From: Amoebophrya sp. A120
Lineage: Eukaryota; Protista; Dinoflagellata
Assembly: GCA_905178155.1 (NCBI GenBank)
Contig: CAJINV010000003.1
Location: 10,237,979 to 10,301,978, forward strand
DNA: 64,000 nucleotides
Direction of reading: 5' to 3'
Part shown: in pieces, positions 22,401 to 33,387 of the stretch
Numbering within the stretch: the first letter of the stretch is position 1
Layout: the number at the start of each line of letters is the position of its first letter
The notes under the pieces: model-generated
Told to the model about the DNA's origin: nothing
The model's input: the letters and a program-made list of their open reading frames with translations, nothing else
Database searches by the model: none
Position numbers and translations under genes: made by a program

Positions 22401-25033
22401 CGGGGACAGTATAAAATACCGCCCGACCAGCCTCAGCCTTGACGCACAGGCTCGCAAGACTCCTGCTGCCCGGGCATGCATTTTTTTACTCCCGAGCCCC
22501 CGGGGGGCCCATCTGGTTGACAAGTAGCGCGGTAGTTGGACTCTGGACGATAAAGGCAGAAGCGTTGGCCTGTGCCACAACCAAGGCGCGCCCCTCCTTC
22601 TCCTCGTCGCTCTTCGTTGTGTTTATTTCTTCGCTTGTGCCGTCAGATCGGTTTAAGACTAGAAAGAACGCAGCCAATTTATAGCGTGTTTTTCTTGGGA
22701 TCGTGCTTATTATATTTATTGCATTTTTAACATTAAGTGGGGCTGGGGTAACGCAAACACACCGCTGCAGTCTCACTTCACATCCACCCGGCCGGCTAAG
22801 TGAGAAGCTAGCCTAAGGTAGCCTCTCCGTACTCGTCCCTCCCGTCCATTTGCATTTCTGGGACGAGTTGCAGGGCTTTTTTTGGTGTTGCGCTGTAATT
22901 TTCCAAGCCGCAGAAGCGCTTCCTCTTCCAGTCTTTGCCTTTCCTCCAACTCAGAATCAGATGCGTCCGCTGGTTGTTGATGTGGCCGGATTAAGGTACC
23001 GCCCAAATATGAGAACCGCACCGCTCAACACCATGGGCGGGAATAGGCAAAACAGGAAGCGCGCAAATTAGCAGCAGAGGCGAACCGCCGTGCTGTTATG
23101 CTTTGATGCGAAACCGGAAAAGAAACACGACACCGCATGCGTATGCAAAAAGCCGAGCCCTCTCTCTTCAGTAGAAGACTCGTGGGGATTGCGCAATATA
23201 CCAGCCTTGACTTTTTTCCACAGACGTATACAAGAAAAAAGATAGCGAGGTAGATGGTTTTTTTCGTTTTCAATTGCGGGGTCGGGACTGCACATCAGAC
23301 ATAACCGCTCGCCGGGTGGACAACGCCGTGGGGTATTATCAGAAGAAGGCAACGTACTACAAAAAAAACGGGCAGGACGTCCGGGATGCCACGGTCATGT
23401 ACGGGATACGAATTTTGGTCGAGAGCAGTGGTATCGTACTTAGTATAGCTGCAACACGTGGCATTTTTGTATGCCGCAACTCGCGTAGCTGGTGGCGTTG
23501 TCGTCTTGGTTTTGGCTTTGTTGTCATTTTCAACATTTAAAAGCCATCATGAACAAACTGAGAGAGTTGGGACTGTGGCCATGAATCCGCCTCCTGTTTT
23601 CATTACAAACTACTGGTAGTGCCATACACTAGCGTTATAATCTCTCTTTCTGCTCTGTAGCCTGGATATCTCACTGCTTTCAAACCGTTGAGAGATAAAT
23701 CGCAGCTAGATCCGGGTACAGCTACTTCGAGTCCTCTTGTTTTTTGCATTGCACCCGCAAGAGGACAAACAAATATTAGTAGGAAAAATTTCCCTCGATG
23801 CCTCAACATCCCAGGGATCGGCAAGAAGTCCACACTTGTGCTGCTGGTTATCCAGCTCGGTAGTTGTCTCGCACTACTCCGAGTGGCGAGTATTATGGCG
23901 TCCTCAGATGTGGCAATCTCAAACTAGAACTCAATGCCACTCGTTGCAATCAATACAGCTGTGATTCGTCATCTTGCATATGCATGAGCAACGTGGTAAG
24001 CCCGGAGATGTAAAAACCTTTGCGCTTTTCGCAAAAATTGGAGCTAGTGCCACTTTTTAATCGTGCGCATTTTCGGTCGAGCTGCCAGAAAAAGAAAGTT
24101 AATGCACACACGTCGGCGGCAGCGGGAAGATCGTTGTGGACGTGTGTTTGGCACCACAAATAATTTCCGTCTTCAACATCGTTAGGATTCGCATTGAAAC
24201 ACCTGAGCAGACTATAACCGTGGTGGCGGACTTCTTGATGTTGAACTGTTACTCCGAGAAGAAAGTGAAAATGTACTACAAGTGCAAGGTGTATGAAAGT
24301 GCCGTGTAGGGAATTGTCAAAATGGAAGTAGTTTTCGATGCAATGCAGTTGCTGCACAAGATTATGGACCCTCTATGCATAACACAGATACATCACAGTT
24401 TGTTGCGAAGTCATTTTTCAGTGCAAGCGCAATCTACACGCGAGGGTGAAAGAAGTAGATGTTAATACTACGTATGATAAAATGCTAATGCAGTGATATG
24501 CACCGATGCAATATCAATACATGCCTGGACGGGCCGCGGGGATGAATGACGATGATGGCACAAAACAATATTCCAAATTAATCGATAATTTCCCACTTGA
24601 CGCATTCATATTGTCTTCGAGACGCAAGACTACAGCGACTTGCAAGATCGCATCAACATTATACAGGTGACGTCTATCATAGATGAGATTCTTAGCGGCG
24701 CTGATTTTTGAAGATCTCTAAATCATTGTGCAGTGCCTGCGACCTACTGAGTGTAAGTGAAATCAGTATTGCATCCTTCCTCTTAATAAGCTGCAGACTC
24801 TTGTTGGCAGTTCTGATTATATTTGATAATTTCCACCTGTTGTTGATGTTGTTGATGCCTAAAAAATTTGCTTGAAGTTATGATATGACTGCACTGACTT
24901 CTGAGGTCAAACAAAATCTTATCCCGTATTTCAGGATGCCGAGAAAGAAACTTCGGCGCTTCTGCGAAAAAGCAAAAACCTGGGTATGGGTTCGGGGGGC
25001 CGTGGCGGGCTGGCAGCCAGCATACTCAGATGA
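13479..25033 (+). CDS. P2X: P2X purinoceptor-family ion channel, 7 exons: 13479-13834, 14198-14677, 23279-23430, 23815-23899, 24228-24298, 24877-24905, 24935-25033
   Basis: YKTMK (YxTxK), TM1 LGMLYWAIVVGVILYIV, STIVKFRG, DQADLRYPEIEPGGAFIVT, SWCP, YWNCDVRGRDC, RRVDNAVGY, MYGIRILVESSGIG, TM2 LVIQLGSCLALLRVASIMADF, and C-terminal YYKCK (YxxxK). All joins are in frame. The last two exons are less certain. Confidence 0.9.
13835..14197 (+). other. P2X intron 1, GT-AG with TGAG direct repeat
   Basis: ttgag|gtatgt...atgag|ataccc joins as L-R-Y-P. Confidence 0.85.
15230..16480. mobile_element. Degenerate foldback element nested in P2X intron 2 (ends not defined)
   Basis: cagcgaaatttataa (~15402) is inverted with ttataaatttcgctg (~16035). 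tgtccgag pairs with ttcggaca. Internal direct repeat attgctcgcattggtcgcctcgt at ~15462 and ~15997. Confidence 0.45.
16360..16394 (+). repeat. Short interstitial telomere-like tract (TTTAGGG/TTAGGG)
   Basis: GGGTTTAGGGTTTTGTTTAGGGTTAGGGTTTAGGG. Confidence 0.65.
17371..18178 (-). pseudogene. Gag-like ORF with a degenerate CCCH zinc finger (frameshifted near 17720-17750)
   Basis: MDGRDELPAEQ... continues in a second frame to PCATFLEKGKRERRSCVYRH, a C-x8-C-x4-C-x3-H-like finger with the second Cys mutated to Arg. Confidence 0.55.
19072..19919. mobile_element. TIR/foldback element with 6-bp TSD CCAAAA, inserted in the YR Arg motif
   Basis: tcaaccagatcgg...aattataaaaattcatg is inverted with catgaatttttataatt...ccgatctggttga. 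CCAAAA lies at 19066-19071 and 19920-19925. Confidence 0.9.
20032..21062. mobile_element. TIR element with CAC...GTG ends and two internal ~90-bp hairpins
   Basis: cacagctcccc...ccctcaaaatatt is inverted with aatattttgaggg...ggggaagctgtg, and the arms pair for >150 bp. The hairpin gctaatcgcgatgct...agcatcgcgattagc occurs at 20497-20587 and 20774-20863. GTGC repeat overlaps both ends. Confidence 0.85.
23431..23814 (+). other. P2X intron 3, GT-AG
   Basis: agcagtg|gtatcg...cccag|ggatcggc joins as S-G-I-G. Confidence 0.8.
23900..24227 (+). other. P2X intron 4, non-canonical GT...GC with TGGCG direct repeat
   Basis: TGGCG at 23896-23900 and 24224-24228. Degenerate IR ctcagatgtggcaat / attgaaacacctgag. 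The join completes TM2 (SIMADFLMLN). Confidence 0.8.
24299..24876 (+). other. P2X intron 5, non-canonical GT...AA with AAGT direct repeat
   Basis: IR ggaattgtcaaa / tttgataatttcc and ctgcacaagatt / aatcattgtgcag. The join reads KVYESYDMTALTSE. Confidence 0.6.
24906..24934 (+). other. P2X intron 6, putative 29-nt GT-AG mini-intron
   Basis: gag|gtcaaa...tatttcag|gat gives the terminal DAEKETSALLRKSKNLGMGSGGRGGLAASILR*. Confidence 0.5.
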
Positions 25034-26348
25034 CCCAAGAGACATCATGCGTGGATGCAGCACACCCACACGCGACCATTGATCGCAAAAATGATCGCGA
25101 AGCTCCAGGACTTGTCATCACCTCCACACTGAGCACCCGCGGTACGTTGCAGGGAAATTTTATGGTCCGGCGCACTAGACCGAGGCTGAAATAATTACAA
25201 AAAACCCCTCGCCTTGCTTTTTAACAGTCGATTGCGACGAGTATACGGCAAGATAGAGAGGACTGTTATGACTCGGTGCAGGTGCAAGCTTTTGACGTTT
25301 GTCAGTCGCTGTCTCTATGTTGATACAAGGCATCTTGCCGGATCGCGCATCCGAGAGCGAGACAGAGCTGGAATATCTATACCTTTTCTATTTTCCCACT
25401 CCCAGACAGTTTTTCCCTAGAAAATGACGCTCGTTGAGACTTTGAGAACGAAGTTTCAAGTTTCGACAAAAGCGGTGAGTATGAATACTTAGCTGCACTT
25501 GCGGACGGACGTCTTTCTGCGGGAACACAAAACCAGCCGCGTGCTTTAGAAGCGTGGAGAGAATTCCCATACAATTCGTTGCGCAAGATCGCGAAGGAAA
25601 ATCACAAAACGCTAAAGAATAGCCGGGCGCCGGAGGTTTTACAAAAAACAAGGAAAAAACGTTCCGGGTCGCCTTCGCCACCTGGCGAAGAATGTCGTCC
25701 GGGCCCACCGTGACCTACCGGCCCTGGCGAAGTCCGTTTGGCTTGCCGGAGTTCCTTCATCGGCTTCGGCCCGACTTCTTCCGGCCTGAAGATTCATTGC
25801 TGGAGACAGCTGGCCGAACCTGCTAGGGGCCGCCTCGCTTGGCCTGTCCAAGCGCAAGCCTGTCGGGGCACTGTTCCGGAGCATGCCGGGCCTGCTAGGG
25901 TCCCTGTGCTAGGCAAGCCTTCCGAACCCGCCCGCCGGGCTGGAGCGGCTCGCGCATGCCTGCGAACCTGCAAAACCGGTGTGGCGCGCCGACGCCGACA
26001 GGCCTGCCCGGTAGGATGGACGGGCCGGCTGACGACGCGACCGAAAAGCAGATGCAGATGACGGCGCCGCCGAGGCTTGTTTGGCTTTTTGTTCCCGTGT
26101 TTAGGTTTACGCTTTGCGCTTGCGGACGACGAGTAGTCGAATGCAATTCACAGTCAGGCAGCACTTCGCAATCGCAAGCGGTAAATCGATGTGAGAGAGA
26201 GTGAACAGATGCAGATCACAGATGAAGGCTGCGCGATCGCGACGTATTAACAGAGAGGCCATGACTCCGTGATCGGTCTCTGCGTGTGATCGTTGCAAAA
26301 TCAAACACCTTTTCCTTTATCGACGACGCGACTTTCTTTTTGTACTTA

Positions 26349-27269
26349 CTAGCCAGGTATGCTTCGCCTGTGAAAGTGTGAAACAAAATTCAATATTATT
26401 CCGCTAGACCGAAAAACAAAAAAAAGAGCCAGAACAGGAACTCAAAAATAAAAAGCGAAAAGCCAGGGCCAGAAGCAGCCCCGCCCCCTTTGCGGTTGCG
26501 GTTGTAAGCAGATCGTGATTGCGGTTGCAGGCAGTTTTTGCGGTTGTAAGGCGTATGCGCGGCTGTGCTAACAGCTGTGAGCAGTTGTTGCGGCTGGAGT
26601 GGTTTTTGCGCCACTTTTCTGCATACCGCGGCTGTCATTCTTCGTGCCAAATTGTGCGTAGGTCTCCACAGGCGAGAAGAGCCCCTTGCTTTTCCACCCG
26701 ACGCAGGCACTGAGTGCCAAGAGGCTGGGGCGTTGTTCTTCCTTCCAGCGCCGCGCGCGCTTTTTCTGCCAGCTTTGACGACCTTGCATCCTATTTTTGT
26801 TGCTTGTCGAATTCAAAAGGTTTGCAAGTTCTGTCGTTGGCCCTCATCTTCAAGCTTTGCCTTTCCTTTTGCTTTCGACTTTCACTTTTTGACTTTAGCC
26901 TTTGCTGTTCGTCTTTGCCCTTGCTTTTAGTTTTTACCCGCAGCTTAGTTTTTGGCTTTTACTTTAGTTTTTATTTTTAGTTTTTTACTTTTAGTTTTTC
27001 CATTAGTTTTTTACTATTTCGTTTTTACTTTTAGTTTTTACTTTTAGTTTTTACTTTTAGTTTTTACTTTTAGTTTTTACTTTTAGTTTTTACTTTTAGT
27101 TTTTACTTTTAGTTTTTACTTTTAGTTTTTACTTTTGGTTTTTACTTTTGGTTTTTACTTCTAGTTTTTACTTTTAGTTTTTGCTTTTAGTTTTTACTTG
27201 TTGGCTTTTGCCTTGAAGTTGCGGAGTAGTTGTTTGGCCGTCACGAATTTAGTTTTAGCAAGGGATAGA
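26349..27269 (-). mobile_element. Non-autonomous Helitron family A, copy 1, with internal (TTTTAGTTTTTAC)n microsatellite
   Basis: The minus strand begins A|TCTATCCC and ends caggcgaagcatacctgg-CTAG|T (short hairpin + CTAG, A|T target, no TSD). Paralogous to 28210-29003. Confidence 0.8.
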
Positions 27270-28010
27270 TTCTTGCAATTGCTAGATTGGATCTCCATAG
27301 GCTGGCCACAACTGAACTGTCCTTGGTAGGTTGGCTACTTCTAAAATGCACGAGTCGCGCTAGCGGGTTTGAAGTTGAGCTGTAGTTTCGGTAAATCAAC
27401 ACGATGATCGGAGGCGAAGAGGGGGATCGTGAAATGAGTGAAATCCGCGGGAAATTCGAATGATCGATCGCAATACAAATGCGACGCCATTTGCTGAACA
27501 CAAAGACGTCCGCCTGTTTGCTCTTGTGAATAGGGTCAACCCTCCGGGGTTGGCTCAAGTTGACAACCCACGAAATCTAGCGCGCTGCCTTTTTTCTGTG
27601 TCACGATGACGCGCGTGCTCCTCCACCACCGGGCAGTGACTAGAAATACAATAAAAAGATCCGCCACTATACCGCGTTTTCGGTATTCTGCAATATCTGT
27701 TTTGAATTTGATTCTTGCCAGAACATGGGAGGACTTTTCCCGCCGGTCTCCTTGAGACTTGCACACGCAAGATGAAAAATTTGCGAGCGAGTGAGCAGCT
27801 GGCGCTAGTAGAAGGGATTGAGTTGCCTCCCTGAGCCAGGCGATGGATTTCCGAAAAGCAAGTTGATCTCCAATGTTCGCGACTGAAGACAATGTTTCTA
27901 GCATGCGGGTTTCCCTTCATCCCCTTTCAGCGTGCTTCTCTTTGATTTGAAGTCGAGCAAGACCCTGAACCTCATGCACGCCCACCCAGTGCAGGATAGA
28001 CATAGAGATA

Positions 28011-28035
28011 GATGATGATGATGATGATGATGATC
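28011..28035 (+). repeat. (GAT)8 microsatellite
   Basis: gatgatgatgatgatgatgatgat. Confidence 0.9.
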
Positions 28036-28209
28036 ATACTCGACAGATGACACAGATACTCGGAAGGAATACCTTCAACCTCATCACGAGTACGAGAGGA
28101 CTTGGACTTGCAATTGCCTTTGACTTTACCTACGATCTACCGGGCATTTATTTTTTGCTTTTTTTCGATTGCCGCGCGTCATTGCGGGTGCACATGAATA
28201 AAAGTAGTC

Positions 28210-29003
28210 CTAGCCACGTATGCTCCGCCTGTGGAAATGTGAAACAAAATTCAATTATTCCGCTAGACCGAAAAACAAAAAAAAGAGCCAGAACAGGAGC
28301 GCAAAAATAAAAAACGAAAAGCCATGGCCAGAGGCAGCTCGTTCCGCCCCGTTTGCGGTTGCGGTTGTAAGCAGATCTTGACTGCGGTCGCAAGCAGTTT
28401 TTGCGGTTGTAAGGCGTATGCGCGGCTGTGCTAACAGCTGTGCGCAGTTGTTGTGGCTGGGGTGGTTTTTGCGCCACTTTTCTGCATACCGCGGCTGTCA
28501 TTCGTCGTGCCAAATTATGGGTAGGTCTCCACAGGCGAGAAGAGCCCCGCGCTTTTCCACCCGATGCAGGCACTGAGTGCCGAGATCGTTTTGCTTAGGC
28601 TTGTTTGCTTCCCGCCAGCTCTTCAAGACTTTGAAAGCCTGGGGCGTCGTTCTTCCTACCTTCCAGCGCCGCGCGCGCTTTTTTCAGCCAGCTTTGACGA
28701 CCTTGCCTCCTATTTTTGTTGCTTGTCAAATTCAAAAGGTAAAGGTTTGCAAGTTCTGCTGTTGGCCCTCATCTTCAAGCTTTGCCTTTTCTTTTGCTTT
28801 CAACTTTCACTTTTTGACTTTAGCCTGTACTTTTAGTTTTTGCCTTTGCTTTTAGTTTTTACCCGTACCTTAGTTTTTCGCTTTTACTTTTAGTTTTTAC
28901 TTTTGGTCTTTTTTACTTTTAGTTATTTCTTTTAGTTTTCACTTTTTGTCTTTTGCGGAGTAATTGTTTGGCTGTCACGACTTTAGTCTTAGCAAGGGAT
29001 AGA
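28210..29003 (-). mobile_element. Non-autonomous Helitron family A, copy 2
   Basis: Shares both termini (A|TCTATCCC ... ggCTAG) and body with 26349-27269. The microsatellite is shorter. Confidence 0.75.
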
Positions 29004-29238
29004 TTAGTAAAGTGATTTAATTTACGCGGAAGTGCATCGTCGAGCTTCCTTCCCTTCCTGATGCTGATTGATACTCGTTCGTCGCGATTGATTTATTAAG
29101 TTATGGCCGTCTACCTCCACTCTATATATACACAGAAAAGTAGATGTAATATAAGAAAATGATAATGAAAAAGGTTAAGTGTAGTACATGTATTATTTGC
29201 TCTTCAATACAGAAGTAGATCGAATTGGAGCCACCAGT

Positions 29239-32200
29239 ATGGAGGGTGAATCCCTGGAAAGGCTGTTGGAGCGCAACTTTCCCCTGGACGAACTGGATTC
29301 AGTTTGGGTATATGGTAGTGCCGCATTTCCACAACTGTCCGAGGCTGAACAAGAAAGTGCAGCATTAGGAAATGCAGACAACCACGCAGCTGGGCCCATG
29401 ACAACTGGAAATTGCTATCATGATTCAACAGGGATTAGCCGCACTTCAGCCACTTGCACTTCAGGTGCAGGGACCAACAGCGGCTCTGAGGTCGAAAGCG
29501 CGAGCCGCAAGCAGTTGGACTTTTTGTTTATAACGAAACAAAACGCAGAGGCGTTTCACGCCCAAAACCTTGCGCAAAACTGGCACCACTACAACTGGCT
29601 CCGTCGTCTTCCCTTGCGCTTGCTCGGTTACGTGAATCGGCTCGGTCCGGGTCTTTACTTTAATGCGTACTGTGCCCTTCAGGTTCAGAATCGCATTTGC
29701 TCTTATGCTCCACCTCGGGAACCGGAACGAGCGGAACCGGAAGCTAACGACGACAGCTCCGTCGCGGACCTTATGACGAAAAGCTCTTCTCCAGATGCGG
29801 AGCAGCACGCGACAGAGCACACCACGGGACCGGACCCCTACCAGCACAGCGTGGCTGAAGTAGATGACAAAAAAAAACAAGAAGGATATGGAGAACAGAG
29901 CGCGACTGGCGGCTCCTCATCTTCGGATGTAGTTTCAAAGCAAATGAGCGTGAAACTCCAGATGCATGAGCGGAAGATGCAGATTCAGGCCTTGAGTTGG
30001 AAGGCGCGGCCAGAGCCCACGCGTTTGCTGCGTGACTTTCTTCAATACGCGAAGACAGCGGTACCAACCGCGTCCGCAGGTACGAAATGGAATATGGGAG
30101 ACCAGCGGAGCTCTGTTGCCTCGCAATTGGTGTCAGCAGCGCTGGGGGACGAGGAATGCTACCCGACCGGAACGAGCACAAAAAGCGGTCTGCGTAGCTT
30201 TCGACTCGAGGACGATACCCTGGGACTTTGCTTCGCGGATACCCTAGCTGCAAGTATGGGAATGTTCGGTTTGATGAAATCGACAAAGTTGCATGATAAC
30301 GATTTGCAATTGGTTTTGCAAAAAATCCCGGGCATGGCAGAGTCACAGTGAGTCTGTGAGAGCTCCTGTGTTATGGTGATGGCATGTGAGGCCGATTGTC
30401 AACGCCAGCCTGCTTAGGTTTATTAGAGATACTAGAGCTGCGAAAGAGAGCAGCACAAAAGCAGCCCTCTTGGTCTTGGCCCCAACAGCATGAGAAATTG
30501 GATGCAATTCTTTCTACCGCGATTTTCATTTTTCATTTGTTGCTTGAAAGTTCCAATGTGATTTGGAGGCAAAACTGGTATCACATTTGCACATCGCAAA
30601 TTCCTTCAACTCTGTCGATTTCGAGCCAGGTACTCCTATAGCAAGGAGCACTACGGACGCGGGAGAGGCAGAGACGCAAAAGAAGCACATGAGGGGCGGC
30701 CGTGACGCAATCGATCCGGATAAACTGCTTCTGCAGAAGAACATCAAGCACGCGGAGCCACGCGAGCGGGACTTGCGTTTGCCGCAGGAAAAAATTTTAA
30801 CTCTTCCGACTCTGACTCAAGAGGTCAAGTATGGCATTGTAGAGAGGTCTGCCCTTCTCGAAGATTTACGTACCTGGCAGCACCTTTACTGTGCCGGAAG
30901 AGCGCAAAAGCCGATGCTTCGGTTTTATTTTTGCGAAAAGCGACTGGAGGAGACGGACCGACAGTGGATTTTTTTCAAGCGCGTCCTCGAAGCGGAAAGC
31001 ATCCTGATGGAGACCCGGCTTGGCGCTCTGCAGTTTGCGCGCATGAAGCTTTTGTTTGATGCGCGTCAACAAGAAGAGAAAAAGGCAGACTTTTCCGCTG
31101 GGAAAACTCTCGCTCTGTCGTGGAGCACCCACCTCGTATCGGTACGAGATAAACTTCAAGACGTTGTGGCGAGCGTACAACATTTTCGAAGTCCTGGCTC
31201 TAGGAAAGAGATGAATACTAGTAAAGAAGCGCCGAACTCGTGCAAAGGTGGCAAAGGTGGAGGAACAGTCTGCGACCAGACTGAGTTCGAACGAAGTCGA
31301 TTGTTTCCGGAGGACATGTTGTGGCACCACGTGTGCGATCTGAGCTACCGCGGCGATGTGCGCCGCCTGCTTTTCGAGAACCCGCGCAAAACCGAAGAGA
31401 TCATTCGTGGACAGCGGAGCTTCTTAGAACGAATCTATCGCCCACTTTTTCCGCTGGGCCGCATAGAGAGCGTACCACGTGCTGAGCTTTACAAACGACG
31501 ACCCGCGTTACCGCCCGCGCACGATAACGAGACCAGGACGAAGCAAAAACGAAGACAACCGGACAGCTTTGAACACCACGACCAGCAGCCCGCCGCGAGC
31601 TATCGTGTGTGGTTTTGATCAAAGCACGCGCCGAACACCAAAACGAGCAGCCTCGGCGATCTATCTGGGCTCAATAACAATACATAGGCTTGCAGGGTGT
31701 AGCTGGACACTTTGGGCTCGGCTTTTTGTTCGTGTAAAAGTCAAAGTTCGGCAAGGCAGCCTTGCCGAGTGGCGGGCGACTGCGCGTAAGGTGGCGGCGC
31801 AAGAGATGAAAAAGACCATCCGCATCCCGCTTGGATACGCGCTGCCCCCCCCTGCAGCGAGTCTGTGGGGCGTTGGACGGACGACCGTAACCCGGCCCCC
31901 GCTCGCCTTTCTGCCTCCCGCCCTAAGGACCGCGTGTCAGTCATGGGGGGCAAAAGAGGGGCGACGAAGTGTGAGCGGCCTTTTTTGGGGATTAGATAGA
32001 TATAGGGGGCATTTGGTGGCTTGCCCTTCTTCGGTGAAGCTCATGTGGAATAAGTATCCAAGCCCGTGCCGGTCCAGATATTGAAATGGAAAGCCCGCGC
32101 AGGTCTAGATATTGGATATCTAGAGCGGCTATCCAATATCCACGCCGTGCCGCCGTGGATGTAAATAGGGGGGCGGAGAAATATTATATCCGATGGCTTC

Positions 32201-33046
32201 ATCTGCTAAGAAATTAGCTGCGGCACATGGCTGCCCGCGGCCGCCAACCAACACCAGCGCAATTATCAGCGAATGGGGATATTTGCTTGGCCGCCTGCGC
32301 GCGAATCTACAGGCCCGCGCTTTATGCCGCAACATGGGAGAAATTAAAGGCGGCGCGCTAGTGTCTCTGAAGCAGCTGCAGGGACCACGCGCGGGCGAAA
32401 TTGACTAGAGCCACACAGGCAGCCCCCAGCCGCAGCGCTCTCGGCGAATAGTAAAAAGCGACAGGAGCAGGAGGCCTGGCCTCGTTTTGGTTTTGTATGT
32501 CCTGGTCTCGTTTTCGGGTCTCGACGGTAACGGGCGCGCCGTTTGTAGGACCTAGCGCAGAAGATGGCGTCCGATGGTCTTCATGCGGAGACCATTGAAA
32601 AACTATTGCAGGGCCGGTTTTTTCGCACCCCCAGCGAGAGCTTGGGCGATCTGGCTACATTTGCGTTGGAAAGGGCATTGTCTGAGGGCGAGACCCGTCA
32701 TATCAGTGCGGATAAAGTGTTGCAGATGCGAGTGCAAAAGTCCTCGCTCGCGATGGCCGCAAAAGGTATCTTGACTAACAAATGGTCGCATTCTGTGCGT
32801 TACGCTTATCGCAAGTTCCTGAAACGGGTGCAAAAGAAAATATCTTCTTTCGACGTCCTGCACGAGGAGGCTAAGCATTTGCTCCTGCGGATCAGAGTAC
32901 TATACTGTCTGTTTACGTGGTCGAGGTGCAGCGTGTTCGAGAAGTGCTGTAGTTTTTTTCTTTCCTCGCTCCACCTATGCTGCGAGTGCAACGTGTCCTT
33001 TGGCCGCGCCGATCTCAGCTTGCACCATCGACACCTCTTTCAGTAG
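29239..33046 (+). CDS. TAM41: Mitochondrial phosphatidate cytidylyltransferase (Tam41/Mmp37); exons approx. 29239-30347, 30586-31483, 32549-33046
   Basis: VWVYGSAAFPQ, KQLDFLF, FHAQNLAQNWHHY, GLYFN, VKYGIV...LLEDLRTWQHLYCAGRAQKP, LSYRGDVR...ENPRK..EIIRGQ, SSLAMAAKGILT...SVRYAYRKFLK. The extreme 3' end is uncertain. Confidence 0.92.
30348..30585 (+). other. TAM41 intron, GT...CA with TCACA direct repeat
   Basis: gagTCACA|gtgagt ... gtaTCACA|tttg joins the two ORFs in frame (ESHLHIANSF). Confidence 0.6.
31484..32548 (+). other. TAM41 intron coinciding with a ~1.06-kb TIR element (GA...AG in one register)
   Basis: tacaaacg...cgttaccg...aacgagaccaggac (31490-31540) is inverted with gtcctggtctcgtt...cggtaacg...cgtttgta (32499-32547). 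Flanks GAGCT/GACCT. The join is in frame. Confidence 0.75.
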
Positions 33047-33387
33047 CCGTAGGATTTGCATTGGCATTCTTGTTCTCCTTTTTTTTGGGGTCTAGTTTGA
33101 TTCGTACCTCTCGTCCACGTGCATTTTTCGTCTTTCCCTTCGCAGAAGTCGTCCATCCCGTTGTGGTTGTCGTCGTTCCAAATGAACATCGTTGTAGATC
33201 GTCCACCGATAAGCCTCGAAGAGAACCACTTAGAGCACTGTAGTCACATACTTTACGTGGGATCATATATGAGCAAAAGCTGCAAATGCAAGCAATACGA
33301 ATAAGTTGTCTACAACTATTTGCCCAGGGTTATGTTGGTCTTTATTTTCTTACAAAGTCATCAAAGCGTGGTTTTCTTCTCCTGTAG

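Larger units (their letters stand above)
16501..22488 (-). mobile_element. Tyrosine-recombinase element with split direct repeats (Ngaro/PAT-type A1...B1-A2-B2 layout), decayed, no RT detected
   Basis: A repeats at 22326-22488 and 16748-16906 (~160 bp). B repeats at 16902-17008 and 16501-16607 (~105 bp). The internal A-B junction (TTTTA) equals the joined element ends. Contains YR and CCCH ORFs. Confidence 0.85.
14678..23278 (+). other. P2X intron 2: 8.6-kb non-canonical (GT...CG) introner-type intron
   Basis: TGCGG direct repeat at 14674-14678 and 23275-23279. Inverted repeat cctcgctatc (~14700) / gatagcgagg (~23241). Excision gives YWNCDVRGRDCTSDITARRVD. Confidence 0.8.

Noticed and set aside
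27550-27559. Relic dinoflagellate spliced leader (TTGGCTCAAG)
   Set aside because: Only a 10-nt match with no gene start downstream, compatible with chance.
28011-28035. (GAT)n as the 3' tail of a second LINE
   Set aside because: No matching TSD or RT remnant was found upstream.
26349-29003. LTR pair of a retrotransposon
   Set aside because: No TG...CA ends, TSD, PBS or PPT. The termini fit Helitron TC/CTAG instead.
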